From: a virus | Length of the DNA: 64,000 bases | Virus record (IMG/VR): IMGVR_UViG_3300037797_000117 | Span: 32,001-96,000 of that record | Reading direction: 5' to 3' (one strand) | Shown: positions 46,107 through 55,300 of the stretch, piece after piece | Position numbering within the stretch: the first letter of the stretch is position 1 | How the letters are laid out: each line of letters begins with the position of its first letter | Notes under the pieces: model-generated | Databases searched by the model: none | Seen by the model: only the letters and a program-made list of their open reading frames with translations | Told to the model about the DNA's origin: nothing | Translations under genes and position numbers: made by a program

Positions 46107-47597
46107 GTGAATATCGTGAGCACCCCTCAGAACGTTCCGACCCAGCCGGCCGGGCACGGGCCCTACCCGGTGTACCCGGTCGTTCCGGGTGCACCCGTGC
46201 CCGGCACCCCGGGCACGCCCGGAGCCCGGCCCCGCGGGGATGCGGCGTCCCGGATCCAGCGGATGCCGCTCGGGCCGCTGGTGGCCTCGGCTGGCCTGAT
46301 CAGCCTGATCGTCGTCCTGGTCCTGTTCGAGCTGTTCCCGCCGATGATCGCCCTGATGATTCTGTGTGTCCTGATCCTGCTGGCCATCGGGATCTGGTAC
46401 CTGCGTCAGCGCCGCGCCGCCCGCCGCCGCCCCGGCCCCGCCGGTGCGCGCGGCGGGGCTGCCGGGCCGGGTACCCGCCGCGGCGGGAACCCGATCAGCC
46501 GCATGCTCGGCGGCCGCGGTGCCCGCCCCGGTGGTGCCGGCGGCCGCCCGGGCGGTGGCGGGCTGCGCGGGATGTTGCCCCGCGCGCTCGGCGGAACCCG
46601 GGGACGCCCCGGCGGCGGCACCCCCGGCGGTGCGCGGGCTGCGGGTGGCCGCCCCGGCGGCAAACTCAACCCGCTCAACTGGGGTCGCAACCGGGCAGCC
46701 GGTCGCGGCCCTACCACCGGTCCGGGCGGCAGCAAGGCCCCCGGCCGGTTCAACCCGTTCAGCCGGAGCCGCGGCGCGGCCGGCCCGGGTGGTGGACGGC
46801 CCGGGGGCGGCGCTCCCGGCGGTGGGGGACTCGGCAGGTTCAACCCGTTGAACCGGTTCCGTAGCCGGGGAGCTGGCGGCCAGCCGGCGGGGGCCAAGCC
46901 CGGCGGTGGATCATCCAACTCGCCAGGAAGATCCCCCGGTGGTAGCGGCGGCGGCCTGTTCGGGGGCAAACTGAATCCATCCAACTGGAAACGGAACAAC
47001 ACGACCGGGCGCGGCCCGGCCGGCGGGGCCTCCCCCACCGGCGGAGGCCCGGCCGGCGGCGGCGGGGGGCCGGCTCGGGGGTCCGCTGGCGGGGGACCGC
47101 CACCAGGCCCCACCCTGCGCCGCGGTGGTGGCGGCCCCCCAACGCCGCCCCCCGCCCCCCGGCCGGGCGGTTGGTCCCGACCGGGGGGTGGCGCTACCCG
47201 GCGGGCACCGGATCCGCCCGCAAGCGGCGGCGGTGGTTCAGGAAGCGGAGATGGAGGCAGTTCGGACATGGGCATTGAACTTTCCGACGACAAGGTCAGC
47301 CTCATCAAGTGGGCACTCGGGTTGAAGGCCGCCGCCGCCGCGGGCGAGGCCGAGGCCAAAAAGTGGCGTGCTCTTGCCATGCAGGCGGAACAGGAGCAGC
47401 CGACCGAAACGGCGTTGATCGAGCGGCTCCGCGCGCAGGCCACCCGCTACACGGCGGCGTTCGAGCGGATGAGCAAGTGGTACGAAACCATCAAAAAGCA
47501 GAACGAGCCCGACTTCAGGGCCTACTTCACGCCGCGGCACGGGTCGCTGCATCGGGAGGCCCGGTCGGATACCCGGCGGGCGTTCGACGGCAACTAG
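46107..47597 (+). CDS. 2-TM protein with Gly/Arg-rich linker and C-terminal 109-aa helical domain
   Basis: TM hairpin; repeated G(K/R)(L/F)NP motifs; C-terminus paralogous to the next gene. Confidence 0.7.
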   Translation: MNIVSTPQNVPTQPAGHGPYPVYPVVPGAPVPGTPGTPGARPRGDAASRIQRMPLGPLVASAGLISLIVVLVLFELFPPMIALMILCVLILLAIGIWYLRQRRAARRRPGPAGARGGAAGPGTRRGGNPISRMLGGRGARPGGAGGRPGGGGLRGMLPRALGGTRGRPGGGTPGGARAAGGRPGGKLNPLNWGRNRAAGRGPTTGPGGSKAPGRFNPFSRSRGAAGPGGGRPGGGAPGGGGLGRFNPLNRFRSRGAGGQPAGAKPGGGSSNSPGRSPGGSGGGLFGGKLNPSNWKRNNTTGRGPAGGASPTGGGPAGGGGGPARGSAGGGPPPGPTLRRGGGGPPTPPPAPRPGGWSRPGGGATRRAPDPPASGGGGSGSGDGGSSDMGIELSDDKVSLIKWALGLKAAAAAGEAEAKKWRALAMQAEQEQPTETALIERLRAQATRYTAAFERMSKWYETIKKQNEPDFRAYFTPRHGSLHREARSDTRRAFDGN

Positions 47598-47616
47598 AGC
47601 AGAAAGGTGGCCCACC

Positions 47617-47946
47617 GTGGGAACACACAGCTACGACGACCAGACCAGCACCTACAAGTGGATCAACGGCCTGAAGGGGCGGGCGGGTGGCGCTAACGTG
47701 CTCGCCCGGGGCGTCCAGATCCTCGCCCACCAGGCGCAGGACCGCCAGCCGGTAACGCCGGCGTTCGCCGCCGAAGTTGCTGCCGTATCGGCCCTCCTGG
47801 GCAAGGCATCACTCGAAGCGGGCGAACTTTTCAAGGCTGCCCGGGCAGCTCACCGCCGTGACGTTGAACGGGTGGAGAACTACCGCAAGAGCCCGGCGGT
47901 AGAGACCAACGCCGACGTCACCGCAGCCAGGCGCGACGGCATGTAG
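47617..47946 (+). CDS. Small helical transfer-associated protein (109 aa)
   Basis: RBS GAAAGG; directly upstream of traB. Confidence 0.7.
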   Translation: MGTHSYDDQTSTYKWINGLKGRAGGANVLARGVQILAHQAQDRQPVTPAFAAEVAAVSALLGKASLEAGELFKAARAAHRRDVERVENYRKSPAVETNADVTAARRDGM

Positions 47947-48016
47947 CTGTCGGTGGCCGGGCCCACCCCCGGCCACCGACCCCCGCACCACCGAGACGTT
48001 GAGGGAGGCGAGACGG

Positions 48017-50233
48017 ATGCCGATGCAGTACAACGCCACCATGTCCGGCGGCACGGCATGGGGGGCGGTCAACGGGTTCCTTACCGCCTTCGCCGTGGCC
48101 CTGCTCGGGTCCAACTGGAATCGCCTCGACCGCAACTGGGGGTGGTGGCACGACCGGTTCGGCCCGTTCCCGATCTGGTTCCCGATGGCTGTCGCCGCCG
48201 CCGCCGCGGTCGCGGCGGTCCTGGTCGGCAACCACCGCGGCACCACCGCTTCCAACATCCGCTTCCGCGCCGGGTGCTGGCTCGGCGCGGGCGTGTGGAC
48301 CACAGTCACCATCCACTACGGCTGGTCCGTGATCGGGTTCGTCATCCTTACCGTCGCCGCGGTTCTTGCGGGAACCCTCGCCCCCGCGTTCGGAACCTTC
48401 ACTCCGCCTCCGCAGCCGTCCATGGACAGCGGAAGCGAGATCACCAGACTCACCCGTTTGATCAACAAGTTTGCCAACATCAAGCCCGAAGACCAGCCGA
48501 CCTTGCAGAAGGTCCGCGACTGGGAACCGAAGGACGCCGGCGTCACCTACAAGGCAGTCGGCGCTCCCGGCACCGACTTCAGTTGGCGCACGCTGCGGGA
48601 GATCCAGATCAGGTTGGCGGCCGGGCTCGGCCTGCCGGAAGGGTGCCCGGTCCAGTCAGAGCCGGCCGGCACCACCCAGAACGAAGCCCTTGTGATGGTT
48701 TCCACCCGGAACTACCTGGCCGAAGACGTCTGGTACCCGATGGACATGACGCCGCTAACCGTCACGGAAGACTTCCCCGTCGGCCGGTTCCTTGACTCGG
48801 CACCGACCGACGTCGAGTTGCGCCAGGCCGCCGGTGTCGTGGTAGGCCAGCGCGGCGGCGGTAAGACCATGCTGCTTCACAACATCACCGCCAGCTTGAT
48901 TCGCATGCCGGACGTCGTGGTGTGGCACATCGACCTCAACGGTGGTGGCCTGTCCGCGCCGTGGACCATGCCGGTAGCGATGGGCGAGGTGCAGTACCCC
49001 GGCGTCGACTGGGTCGCGTCAACGCCCGAAGAGGCGCTGATCATGGCTGAGGTGGCGCTGGCGATCGCGAAGGACCGCAAGCGACGCTACGCCGGCGAGC
49101 TGGTACGCAGCGACGACGACGTGCTCCCCGTCCGACCCGGCCTACCGAAGATCCTCATCATTGTCGACGAGAGTGCCGAGGTCACCGGCGAAGACGCCAA
49201 GAAGAAGGCCCAGGCGGTGTCGGCGGCGTTGCAGGAGGTGCAGCGGATCGGCCGCGCCATGTGCGTCGACGTCTTCTTCTCCGTCCTGCGTGGCACCGGC
49301 GATCTGCTGCCGGCCGGAATCAAGAAGCAGGCCGTCCTGTCGTTCTGCACCCGGGTGCGCGACGAGTCGGAACTGGCGTTCGTGTTCGACTGGAAGTCGG
49401 GCCTGGACCACGAGGCGCTCAAGGAGCCCGGCCAGATGTACATGCAGCGCGGCTCCGGCGCGGTCAAGATGTTCAAGGGGTTCCGATTGAAGCCCAGCAT
49501 GATGATCGCCATCGTGCATGCCATGCAGCATGTCCGGGCCCAGGCCCAACTCGACGGCCCCGCGTTGCGGGTCGCCGGTGACGCCTACCTCCAGCGGTGG
49601 CAGCGACCCGACGCAGTTGCCTACCTGGCGGGGCTCCGCGGCGAAGACGGCCCCGACCCCGGCGACGGTGGGGGCGGCGGCTACGGCGGCCCACCCGACC
49701 CGGACCCGGACCCGTATTCGTCCGGTGGCGACCCCGGGGACGACGCGCTCGCCGAGTTCGACGCCGCCATCCGCGAGATCGAGGCGGGGGAGAAGCCGGA
49801 ATCGACCCGGCCGGCGGCACCGGTGCGGGAGGCAGCACCGGCAGCACCGGCCGGGTCGATTCCCGACGACGTGGTCCAGCGGATGCTGAACCAGATCGAG
49901 GCGCTCCCCACGACGGAGGCGCCGCTGGTAGACCCGGCCCCGGCGGCGACGACGCTGGCCGGCCCGGGCCTGCCGGGCGGCCCGGATCAGGCGTCGACCC
50001 GTGGCCCCGTCCCCCGGCGGGCGTTCATCGAGCAGCTACTCGAGCGGGCCGGTCGGGACGGGATGCGGACGGGGGACATTGTGCGGCTTGTGATGGCGTC
50101 GGGGCTGAAGGTTCGGCGCGAGGCCACGATCAAGGAGGACCTACAGGCTCTCCTTGACGCGGGGGTCATCACGCGGAACAACCCGGACGGCGGCGAGACG
50201 CACGGCATGTACTGGCTGAGCCGGCTGGTCTGA
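48017..50233 (+). CDS. traB: TraB-like FtsK/SpoIIIE conjugative DNA translocase
   Basis: N-terminal TM helices; Walker A GQRGGGKT; VWHIDLNGG; Walker B ILIIVDESAE; R.GRA motif; C-terminal wHTH. Confidence 0.85.
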   Translation: MPMQYNATMSGGTAWGAVNGFLTAFAVALLGSNWNRLDRNWGWWHDRFGPFPIWFPMAVAAAAAVAAVLVGNHRGTTASNIRFRAGCWLGAGVWTTVTIHYGWSVIGFVILTVAAVLAGTLAPAFGTFTPPPQPSMDSGSEITRLTRLINKFANIKPEDQPTLQKVRDWEPKDAGVTYKAVGAPGTDFSWRTLREIQIRLAAGLGLPEGCPVQSEPAGTTQNEALVMVSTRNYLAEDVWYPMDMTPLTVTEDFPVGRFLDSAPTDVELRQAAGVVVGQRGGGKTMLLHNITASLIRMPDVVVWHIDLNGGGLSAPWTMPVAMGEVQYPGVDWVASTPEEALIMAEVALAIAKDRKRRYAGELVRSDDDVLPVRPGLPKILIIVDESAEVTGEDAKKKAQAVSAALQEVQRIGRAMCVDVFFSVLRGTGDLLPAGIKKQAVLSFCTRVRDESELAFVFDWKSGLDHEALKEPGQMYMQRGSGAVKMFKGFRLKPSMMIAIVHAMQHVRAQAQLDGPALRVAGDAYLQRWQRPDAVAYLAGLRGEDGPDPGDGGGGGYGGPPDPDPDPYSSGGDPGDDALAEFDAAIREIEAGEKPESTRPAAPVREAAPAAPAGSIPDDVVQRMLNQIEALPTTEAPLVDPAPAATTLAGPGLPGGPDQASTRGPVPRRAFIEQLLERAGRDGMRTGDIVRLVMASGLKVRREATIKEDLQALLDAGVITRNNPDGGETHGMYWLSRLV

Positions 50234-50236
50234 CAA

Positions 50237-50283
50237 CCGACGAGGCACCTGCCCCAGGGTTCGGGGGCAGGTGCCTCGTCGGT
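50237..50283. terminator. Bidirectional terminator hairpin
   Basis: ACCGACGAGGCACCTGCCCC...GGGGCAGGTGCCTCGTCGGT. Confidence 0.8.
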
Positions 50284-50294
50284 GTTTCGGTGGG

Positions 50295-50591
50295 TCAGGC
50301 GGCGTAACGCGACGGGTAGACGTCGACGTCGTCGTCGTAGTCGTGGTAGTCCGTCGGGGGTGTGTCTTCGCCGTCGGGCCGGTACCAGCCGTTGGCGGCG
50401 TTACGGGCCTGTGCACCGGTGGTGGTCGGCCAGTCGCGGGCGTCGTTGACGCCGTCTTCGACGAGGGCGAAGACCTGGTCTTCGTCGATGCCGACGGACA
50501 GAGCGGTCGCGGCAGCGGCACGGAGCATGCGCGCCGCGCGGTCCATGTCTGTCTGCCAGGCGTCCTTCATGTTCTCCACGATCCCATACAC
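50295..50591 (-). CDS. Hypothetical protein
   Basis: Acidic small ORF convergent on traB. Confidence 0.55.
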   Translation of the reverse strand: MYGIVENMKDAWQTDMDRAARMLRAAAATALSVGIDEDQVFALVEDGVNDARDWPTTTGAQARNAANGWYRPDGEDTPPTDYHDYDDDVDVYPSRYAA

Positions 50592-50672
50592 CTCCGCGTA
50601 AATACAGGCAAGTGCTCGCTGCCGGCGTGTCGCCAGCCACGTTCAGAACATCCGTGCTAACACCCTCCCTAG

Positions 50673-50701
50673 TTGTGTCGTACCCCGGCTTCGGGTAACA
50701 T
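50673..50701 (+). promoter_or_regulatory. Regulon promoter copy 14
   Basis: TTGTGT-cgtaccccggcttcggg-TAACAT. Confidence 0.8.
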
Positions 50702-50796
50702 CAACTTCTCCGAGTGGCGAGAACTGGACTCCCACCCCGGACCGAGATGGAGCACCACATGCTCACCGCCCCTACCCCCTCCTGCCCGGAGTGGCG

Positions 50797-52161
50797 ATGA
50801 CCACCACCGTCACCCGCCCCGTCGACGCCGACCGCTCGCCGCCCAACGACCTCAACGCCGAAATGGCCGTCCTCGGCGCCATGCTGATCTCCAAAGACGC
50901 CATCGCGGACATCGTCGAGATCCTTCAGGGCAGCGACTTCTACCGCCCCCACCACACCGCGATCTTCGACGCCGCCATCGGCCTCTACAACGACGGCGAC
51001 CCGGTCGACGCCATCTCCGTCACCGACGCCCTCACCACCTCCAACCCCGCCGCGTTCACCCGCATGGGCGGTGCCAGCTACCTCCACGACTGCATGCACG
51101 CCGCCCCCACCGCCGCCAACGGCGGCTACTACGCCGGCATCGTCAAAGAGCACTCCATCGAACGGCGCCTCATCGAAGCCGGCACCAAGGTCGTCCAGTA
51201 CGGCTACGGCACCGCCGGCACCGGCCTCGACGTCACCGAACGCCTCGACATGGCCCAACGAGCCGTGTACGACGTCGCCAACACCGACGCCACTGACGGG
51301 TTTACCGCCCTCGACGACCTCCTCCAACCAACCCTCGACGAAATTGAGGAATGCGGTGCCCAGGGCGACGGCATGCGCGGCGTCCCCACCGGGTTCACCG
51401 ACCTTGACCGGCTCCTCAACGGGCTCGCCCCCGGCCAACTCATCGTCGTCGCCGGCCGGCCCGGTCTCGGAAAGTCGACAGCAGGGCTGGACTTCTGCCG
51501 CTCGGCGTCGATCCGGCACGGCCAGGCCAGCGCCATCTTCTCCTTGGAGATGAGCAAGGTCGAGGTGGTGACACGGCTCCTGTCCGCTGAGGCCCGGGTT
51601 CCGCTGCAAGTGCTCCGGTCGGGGCGGCTGAACGACGACGACTGGACGAAGCTGGCCCGCCGCATGGGCGAGATCAGCGGGGCGCCACTGTTCGTCGACG
51701 ACACGCCGAACATGTCCCTCATGGAGATCCGGGCCAAGGCCCGCCGGCTCAGGCAGCGTCACGACCTGAAACTCATCGTGGTCGACTACCTGCAACTCAT
51801 GACCGTGCCGAGGCGGGGAGATTTCAACCGCCAGAACGAGGTGGCCGAACTGTCGCGGGGGCTGAAGCTACTCGCGAAGGAGGTCGAGTGCCCGGTGGTC
51901 GCGGTCAGCCAGTTGAACCGCGGCCCGGAACAGCGTACCGACAAACGCCCCCTCCTGTCCGATTTGAGAGATTCGGGCGCAATCGAGCAAGATGCGGATG
52001 TTGTCATACTTTTGCACCGCGACGACTACCACGACAAGGAATCCGTCCGGGCAGGCGAGGCCGACTTCATCGTGGCCAAGCACCGAAACGGACCGACCGA
52101 CACCATCACCGTCGCGGCGCAGCTTCACCTGTCCCGGTTCGTTGACATGGCCATCGTCTAG
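50797..52161 (+). CDS. dnaB: Replicative DNA helicase
   Basis: PPNDLNAEMAVLGAML, GVPTGFTDLD, AGRPGLGKS, VVDYLQLM, SQLNRGPEQR, LSDLRDSGAIEQDAD, AKHRNGPT. Confidence 0.97.
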   Translation: MTTTVTRPVDADRSPPNDLNAEMAVLGAMLISKDAIADIVEILQGSDFYRPHHTAIFDAAIGLYNDGDPVDAISVTDALTTSNPAAFTRMGGASYLHDCMHAAPTAANGGYYAGIVKEHSIERRLIEAGTKVVQYGYGTAGTGLDVTERLDMAQRAVYDVANTDATDGFTALDDLLQPTLDEIEECGAQGDGMRGVPTGFTDLDRLLNGLAPGQLIVVAGRPGLGKSTAGLDFCRSASIRHGQASAIFSLEMSKVEVVTRLLSAEARVPLQVLRSGRLNDDDWTKLARRMGEISGAPLFVDDTPNMSLMEIRAKARRLRQRHDLKLIVVDYLQLMTVPRRGDFNRQNEVAELSRGLKLLAKEVECPVVAVSQLNRGPEQRTDKRPLLSDLRDSGAIEQDADVVILLHRDDYHDKESVRAGEADFIVAKHRNGPTDTITVAAQLHLSRFVDMAIV

Positions 52162-52179
52162 TTGCGGAAAGGGCCACCC

Positions 52180-52533
52180 ATGACCGACACCGACGTGCGT
52201 TCCTCACCCCGTGCGGCCGCAGGTGAAGCCATGCGAACCATCACGATCAACGGGCACGACGTGCTGCCCTGGGACCAGCTCGCTGCGGACCGGCGCGAGC
52301 TGTGGGGCGACCGGGCCGCCCCGGCGGTGACCGCCGCACTCGACGCGGTCACCGTCCACCACCTCGATCAGCTCGCCCTCGTCCTGTACATCCAGCACCA
52401 CCGGTGGGCCGGCACGTACACCGACGAGACCGTACGCGGCTGGGAGGCCGGTGAGCAGCACGTGGACCGGTGGCCGTGGCGCCACCAAGCACAGACGGTG
52501 ATGGCCGCGGTTGCCCTGCTCGTCAGCCGCTGA
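52180..52533 (+). CDS. Hypothetical protein
   Basis: RBS GAAAGGG. Confidence 0.6.
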   Translation: MTDTDVRSSPRAAAGEAMRTITINGHDVLPWDQLAADRRELWGDRAAPAVTAALDAVTVHHLDQLALVLYIQHHRWAGTYTDETVRGWEAGEQHVDRWPWRHQAQTVMAAVALLVSR

Positions 52534-52562
52534 TTGTGCCGTACCCCCGAATCGGCTAACGT
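52534..52562 (+). promoter_or_regulatory. Regulon promoter copy 15
   Basis: TTGTGC-cgtacccccgaatcggc-TAACGT. Confidence 0.8.
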
Positions 52563-52600
52563 AGGTGGTGTTCCCCGAACCCCGCCCGGCAGGAGACGCC

Positions 52601-53023
52601 ATGCCCACCAGCCGCACCATCCGAGCCGACGCCCCCGGACCCGTCCTCGTCGACGCCCACACCCGCAGCCTCACCGTCCACGTCTCCACCGTCCCGAACC
52701 TCGCAGTGGCCGAGCTGACCATCTCCACCGACGACGACAGCGGCCCCTCCGCCGACCTGGTCAACAACGCCCACCTCGACGTGCTGCCACCGGCCGCCGA
52801 CGAGAAAGGAATCGGTGGTGTCCGCGGCGGATACCAGCCGGTGGTGTCCCGGCCGCAGACCTCGACGCGGTGGTCCGAACACATCCCGCCGAACCCGGGG
52901 CAGACCCGCCCGCGGCCGGCACCGCCCGCGAGCTACCACCGACCCGCCAGCCCGCGCTCCAGCCGGTCCAGCGGCGGCTGGCTGGACAGCGTCCTCGACG
53001 GAATCGGCGACGTCTTCGACTAG
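52601..53023 (+). CDS. Hypothetical protein
   Basis: RBS AGGAG. Confidence 0.6.
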   Translation: MPTSRTIRADAPGPVLVDAHTRSLTVHVSTVPNLAVAELTISTDDDSGPSADLVNNAHLDVLPPAADEKGIGGVRGGYQPVVSRPQTSTRWSEHIPPNPGQTRPRPAPPASYHRPASPRSSRSSGGWLDSVLDGIGDVFD

Positions 53024-53079
53024 CCGCAGCCCGTCCCTGCTGTTCAACGGCCCCGCCCACCATCGAAGGGATTCGTGTC

Positions 53080-53403
53080 GTGCCCGACGCATACCTGACC
53101 CCAGACCAGGCTGACATCTACCTGGGTGCCAAACGTGACCAGCTCACCCGCGCGGTCGCGGACGGCGACCACGCGGCCGCACTCGACGTCGTCCGCGGCG
53201 TCCGTGACGACGGATTCCCCACCGTCGCCGACGAAATCCACGACGGCGTGGTCCGCATGCTCCCCGCCGACACCGCCGGTCTGGGCTCCACTTCCCCGGA
53301 GCCCAGACCGGCAGCGGTTCACCGCTGGACAACCGCGTGTGACGTAGCCGCGTGCGCAGCGTGCGCCGAGGGCAGTCGTCCCACCACAGAGGACGGTGAG
53401 TGA
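53080..53403 (+). CDS. Hypothetical protein
   Basis: RBS GAAGGG; operon position. Confidence 0.5.
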   Translation: MPDAYLTPDQADIYLGAKRDQLTRAVADGDHAAALDVVRGVRDDGFPTVADEIHDGVVRMLPADTAGLGSTSPEPRPAAVHRWTTACDVAACAACAEGSRPTTEDGE

Positions 53404-53777
53404 TGGCTGAGGACCTGATCGGCCCGTTGACCGCCGCCGAGTGGTGCGAGTTCCGCCTACGCCCGGGCGACGACCTGCTGACATGCTGCTCGGTCACCTC
53501 CGAGTTCCGGGACGAGATTTTCTACCTGCTCCGCATGGGTGGCGACGACCGGTTGCTACGGGACGGGTTCCGCGCCGCGTACTACCGGATGGTCGACCAC
53601 GGTCTACCCGACGGCCGTAGTGGGGAGCTGGTCGGCCGGCTGGCGACCTACTTCCTCGGCGACCCGCCGGAGCCGAAACAGGACATGGACGATATGACTG
53701 TCGAAGAGATGCTTGCCGAGTTGAAGCGCCGCCAGGACGCCGACGCCGGTGACGTGCCCGGCCAGACAGCCGAGTGA
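53400..53777 (+). CDS. Hypothetical protein
   Basis: Overlap-coupled. Confidence 0.6.
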   Translation: MMAEDLIGPLTAAEWCEFRLRPGDDLLTCCSVTSEFRDEIFYLLRMGGDDRLLRDGFRAAYYRMVDHGLPDGRSGELVGRLATYFLGDPPEPKQDMDDMTVEEMLAELKRRQDADAGDVPGQTAE

Positions 53778-53826
53778 AAAACAGCAAGTTGCAGAGAGTG
53801 ACCACCACAAAGGGGACTACCAAATC

Positions 53827-54366
53827 ATGGCCGGAGATACCACGATCACGATCATCGGCAACCTGACCGACGATCCGGAGCTGCGGTTCACGCCGTCCGG
53901 TGCGGCCGTGGCCAAGTTCCGCGTCGCCTCGACGCCGCGGTTCATGGACCGGCAGACCAACGAGTGGAAAGACGGCGAACCGCTTTTCCTGGCCTGCACC
54001 GTGTGGCGGCAGGCGGCCGAGAACGTCGCCGAGTCGCTGCAACGCGGCGCCCGGGTGATCGTCTCCGGCCGGCTCAAGCAGCGCAGCTACGAAACCCGCG
54101 AGGGCGAGAAGCGCACCGTCATGGAGTTGGAGGTCGACGAGGTCGGCCCCTCGCTCCGCTACGCCACCGCCAAGGTGCAGAAGATGCAGCGCACCAACGG
54201 GGGGACCGGTGGCGGGTTCGGCGCGTCGGGTTCCACACCGGCAGGCAACGGCGGGGGAGCGGCCGCCGGCGGCGGCGGCTACGCCGACGATCCGTGGGCC
54301 AGCGGATCCCCCGCCACAGCGGGCGGGGCAAAGGCGGGCGACTTCAACGACGAGCCGCCCTTCTAA
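53827..54366 (+). CDS. ssb: Single-stranded DNA-binding protein
   Basis: [29 protein letters not shown]...DDPWA...DEPPF. Confidence 0.97.
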   Translation: MAGDTTITIIGNLTDDPELRFTPSGAAVAKFRVASTPRFMDRQTNEWKDGEPLFLACTVWRQAAENVAESLQRGARVIVSGRLKQRSYETREGEKRTVMELEVDEVGPSLRYATAKVQKMQRTNGGTGGGFGASGSTPAGNGGGAAAGGGGYADDPWASGSPATAGGAKAGDFNDEPPF

Positions 54367-54390
54367 CCGACGAAGGAAAGGGCAACGCTG

Positions 54391-54654
54391 GTGCAGGTCT
54401 CTGGCGGGGACGTTCTGTTCATCACCGACCGGGCAAGTGTTCAGTTTCGCCGTCCCATCCTTTTCCGGGTGATCCGGGAAGAGCCGTGGTCCACCCCGCA
54501 GGGGTGGGTGTGGCTCGACGGATACGAGTTGAACAAGACCTGCGACGCCGTGTCCCGGCGTTCCATCTTCGTACAGCGGGCAGGGCTGATCCGGCCCCGC
54601 CAGAACAGTGCGCCGGCCCGTCTGCTGAACAGCTACAAACCGCCGCGGCTGTAG
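54391..54654 (+). CDS. Conserved small Micromonosporaceae-type protein
   Basis: GDVLFIT.RASVQF.RPI.FRVIR...GWVWLDGYEL...DAV.RRSIFVQ.AGL. Confidence 0.7.
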   Translation: MQVSGGDVLFITDRASVQFRRPILFRVIREEPWSTPQGWVWLDGYELNKTCDAVSRRSIFVQRAGLIRPRQNSAPARLLNSYKPPRL

Positions 54655-54739
54655 CGCACGATCCGAGAAGGCGTCGGCCGGTGGTGAAGTTTCACCGGCC
54701 GACGCCCGTATCCAAGACCAGAAACAGGGAGGCGCAGAG

Positions 54740-55300
54740 GTGGCGTTTACGTGGACGACGGTGGCCGGCACCGGCCCCCGCGACATGACCGGCCCGTCCG
54801 GCTGGACCCGCACCAACCTGGACCAATGTGCCGTGTGGCTGCGGGAAAAGGCAGGCACCGTCACCGCCGTGTCCGGCCTGGCCCGCGGCTTCGACCTGTG
54901 GTGGGGCGCCGCCGCGGTCCGGGCCGGCCTCGACCTGTGGGCAATGATCCCGTTCGAGGAGCAACCCGACGGGTGGAAGGACGTCGACCAGGCCGAGTGG
55001 CGACGCCTCCGAGCGGCCGCCGCGCGGGAAACGGTCGTCGGCGCCCTCGCTGGCGCCGCCGACCGGCGGCGCCGCGCGATCGATCTGTACCACGCCCGCA
55101 ACGACGCCATGCTCGAGGTTGCCGACGCTGTCGTCACCGGGTGGGAACCCCACCGGCGCAGCGGGGGAACACACTCCGCCCTGCTCAAGGCTGCCCGGCG
55201 GGGCATGCCCGGTATCCACCTTGACCCGGCCCGGCCCGGTGTCCGGTTCCAGCTCCCCACCCTCGCCGAGCTCCAGCCCCGTCGGCGGGCCCCCCGGTGA
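54740..55300 (+). CDS. SLOG superfamily (YspA/DUF1273-like) protein
   Basis: VAGTGPR, SGLARGFDLW, IPFEEQ, YHARNDAML, SGGT. Confidence 0.8.
   Translation: MAFTWTTVAGTGPRDMTGPSGWTRTNLDQCAVWLREKAGTVTAVSGLARGFDLWWGAAAVRAGLDLWAMIPFEEQPDGWKDVDQAEWRRLRAAAARETVVGALAGAADRRRRAIDLYHARNDAMLEVADAVVTGWEPHRRSGGTHSALLKAARRGMPGIHLDPARPGVRFQLPTLAELQPRRRAPR

Noticed and set aside
32826-49081. traB duplicate as a DGR template/variable repeat pair
   Set aside because: Mismatches are not adenine-specific and no reverse transcriptase is in the window
49696-49713. GACCCGGACCCGGACCCG in traB as a TraB recognition repeat
   Set aside because: Only a short run, explained by a Pro-Asp linker in the protein
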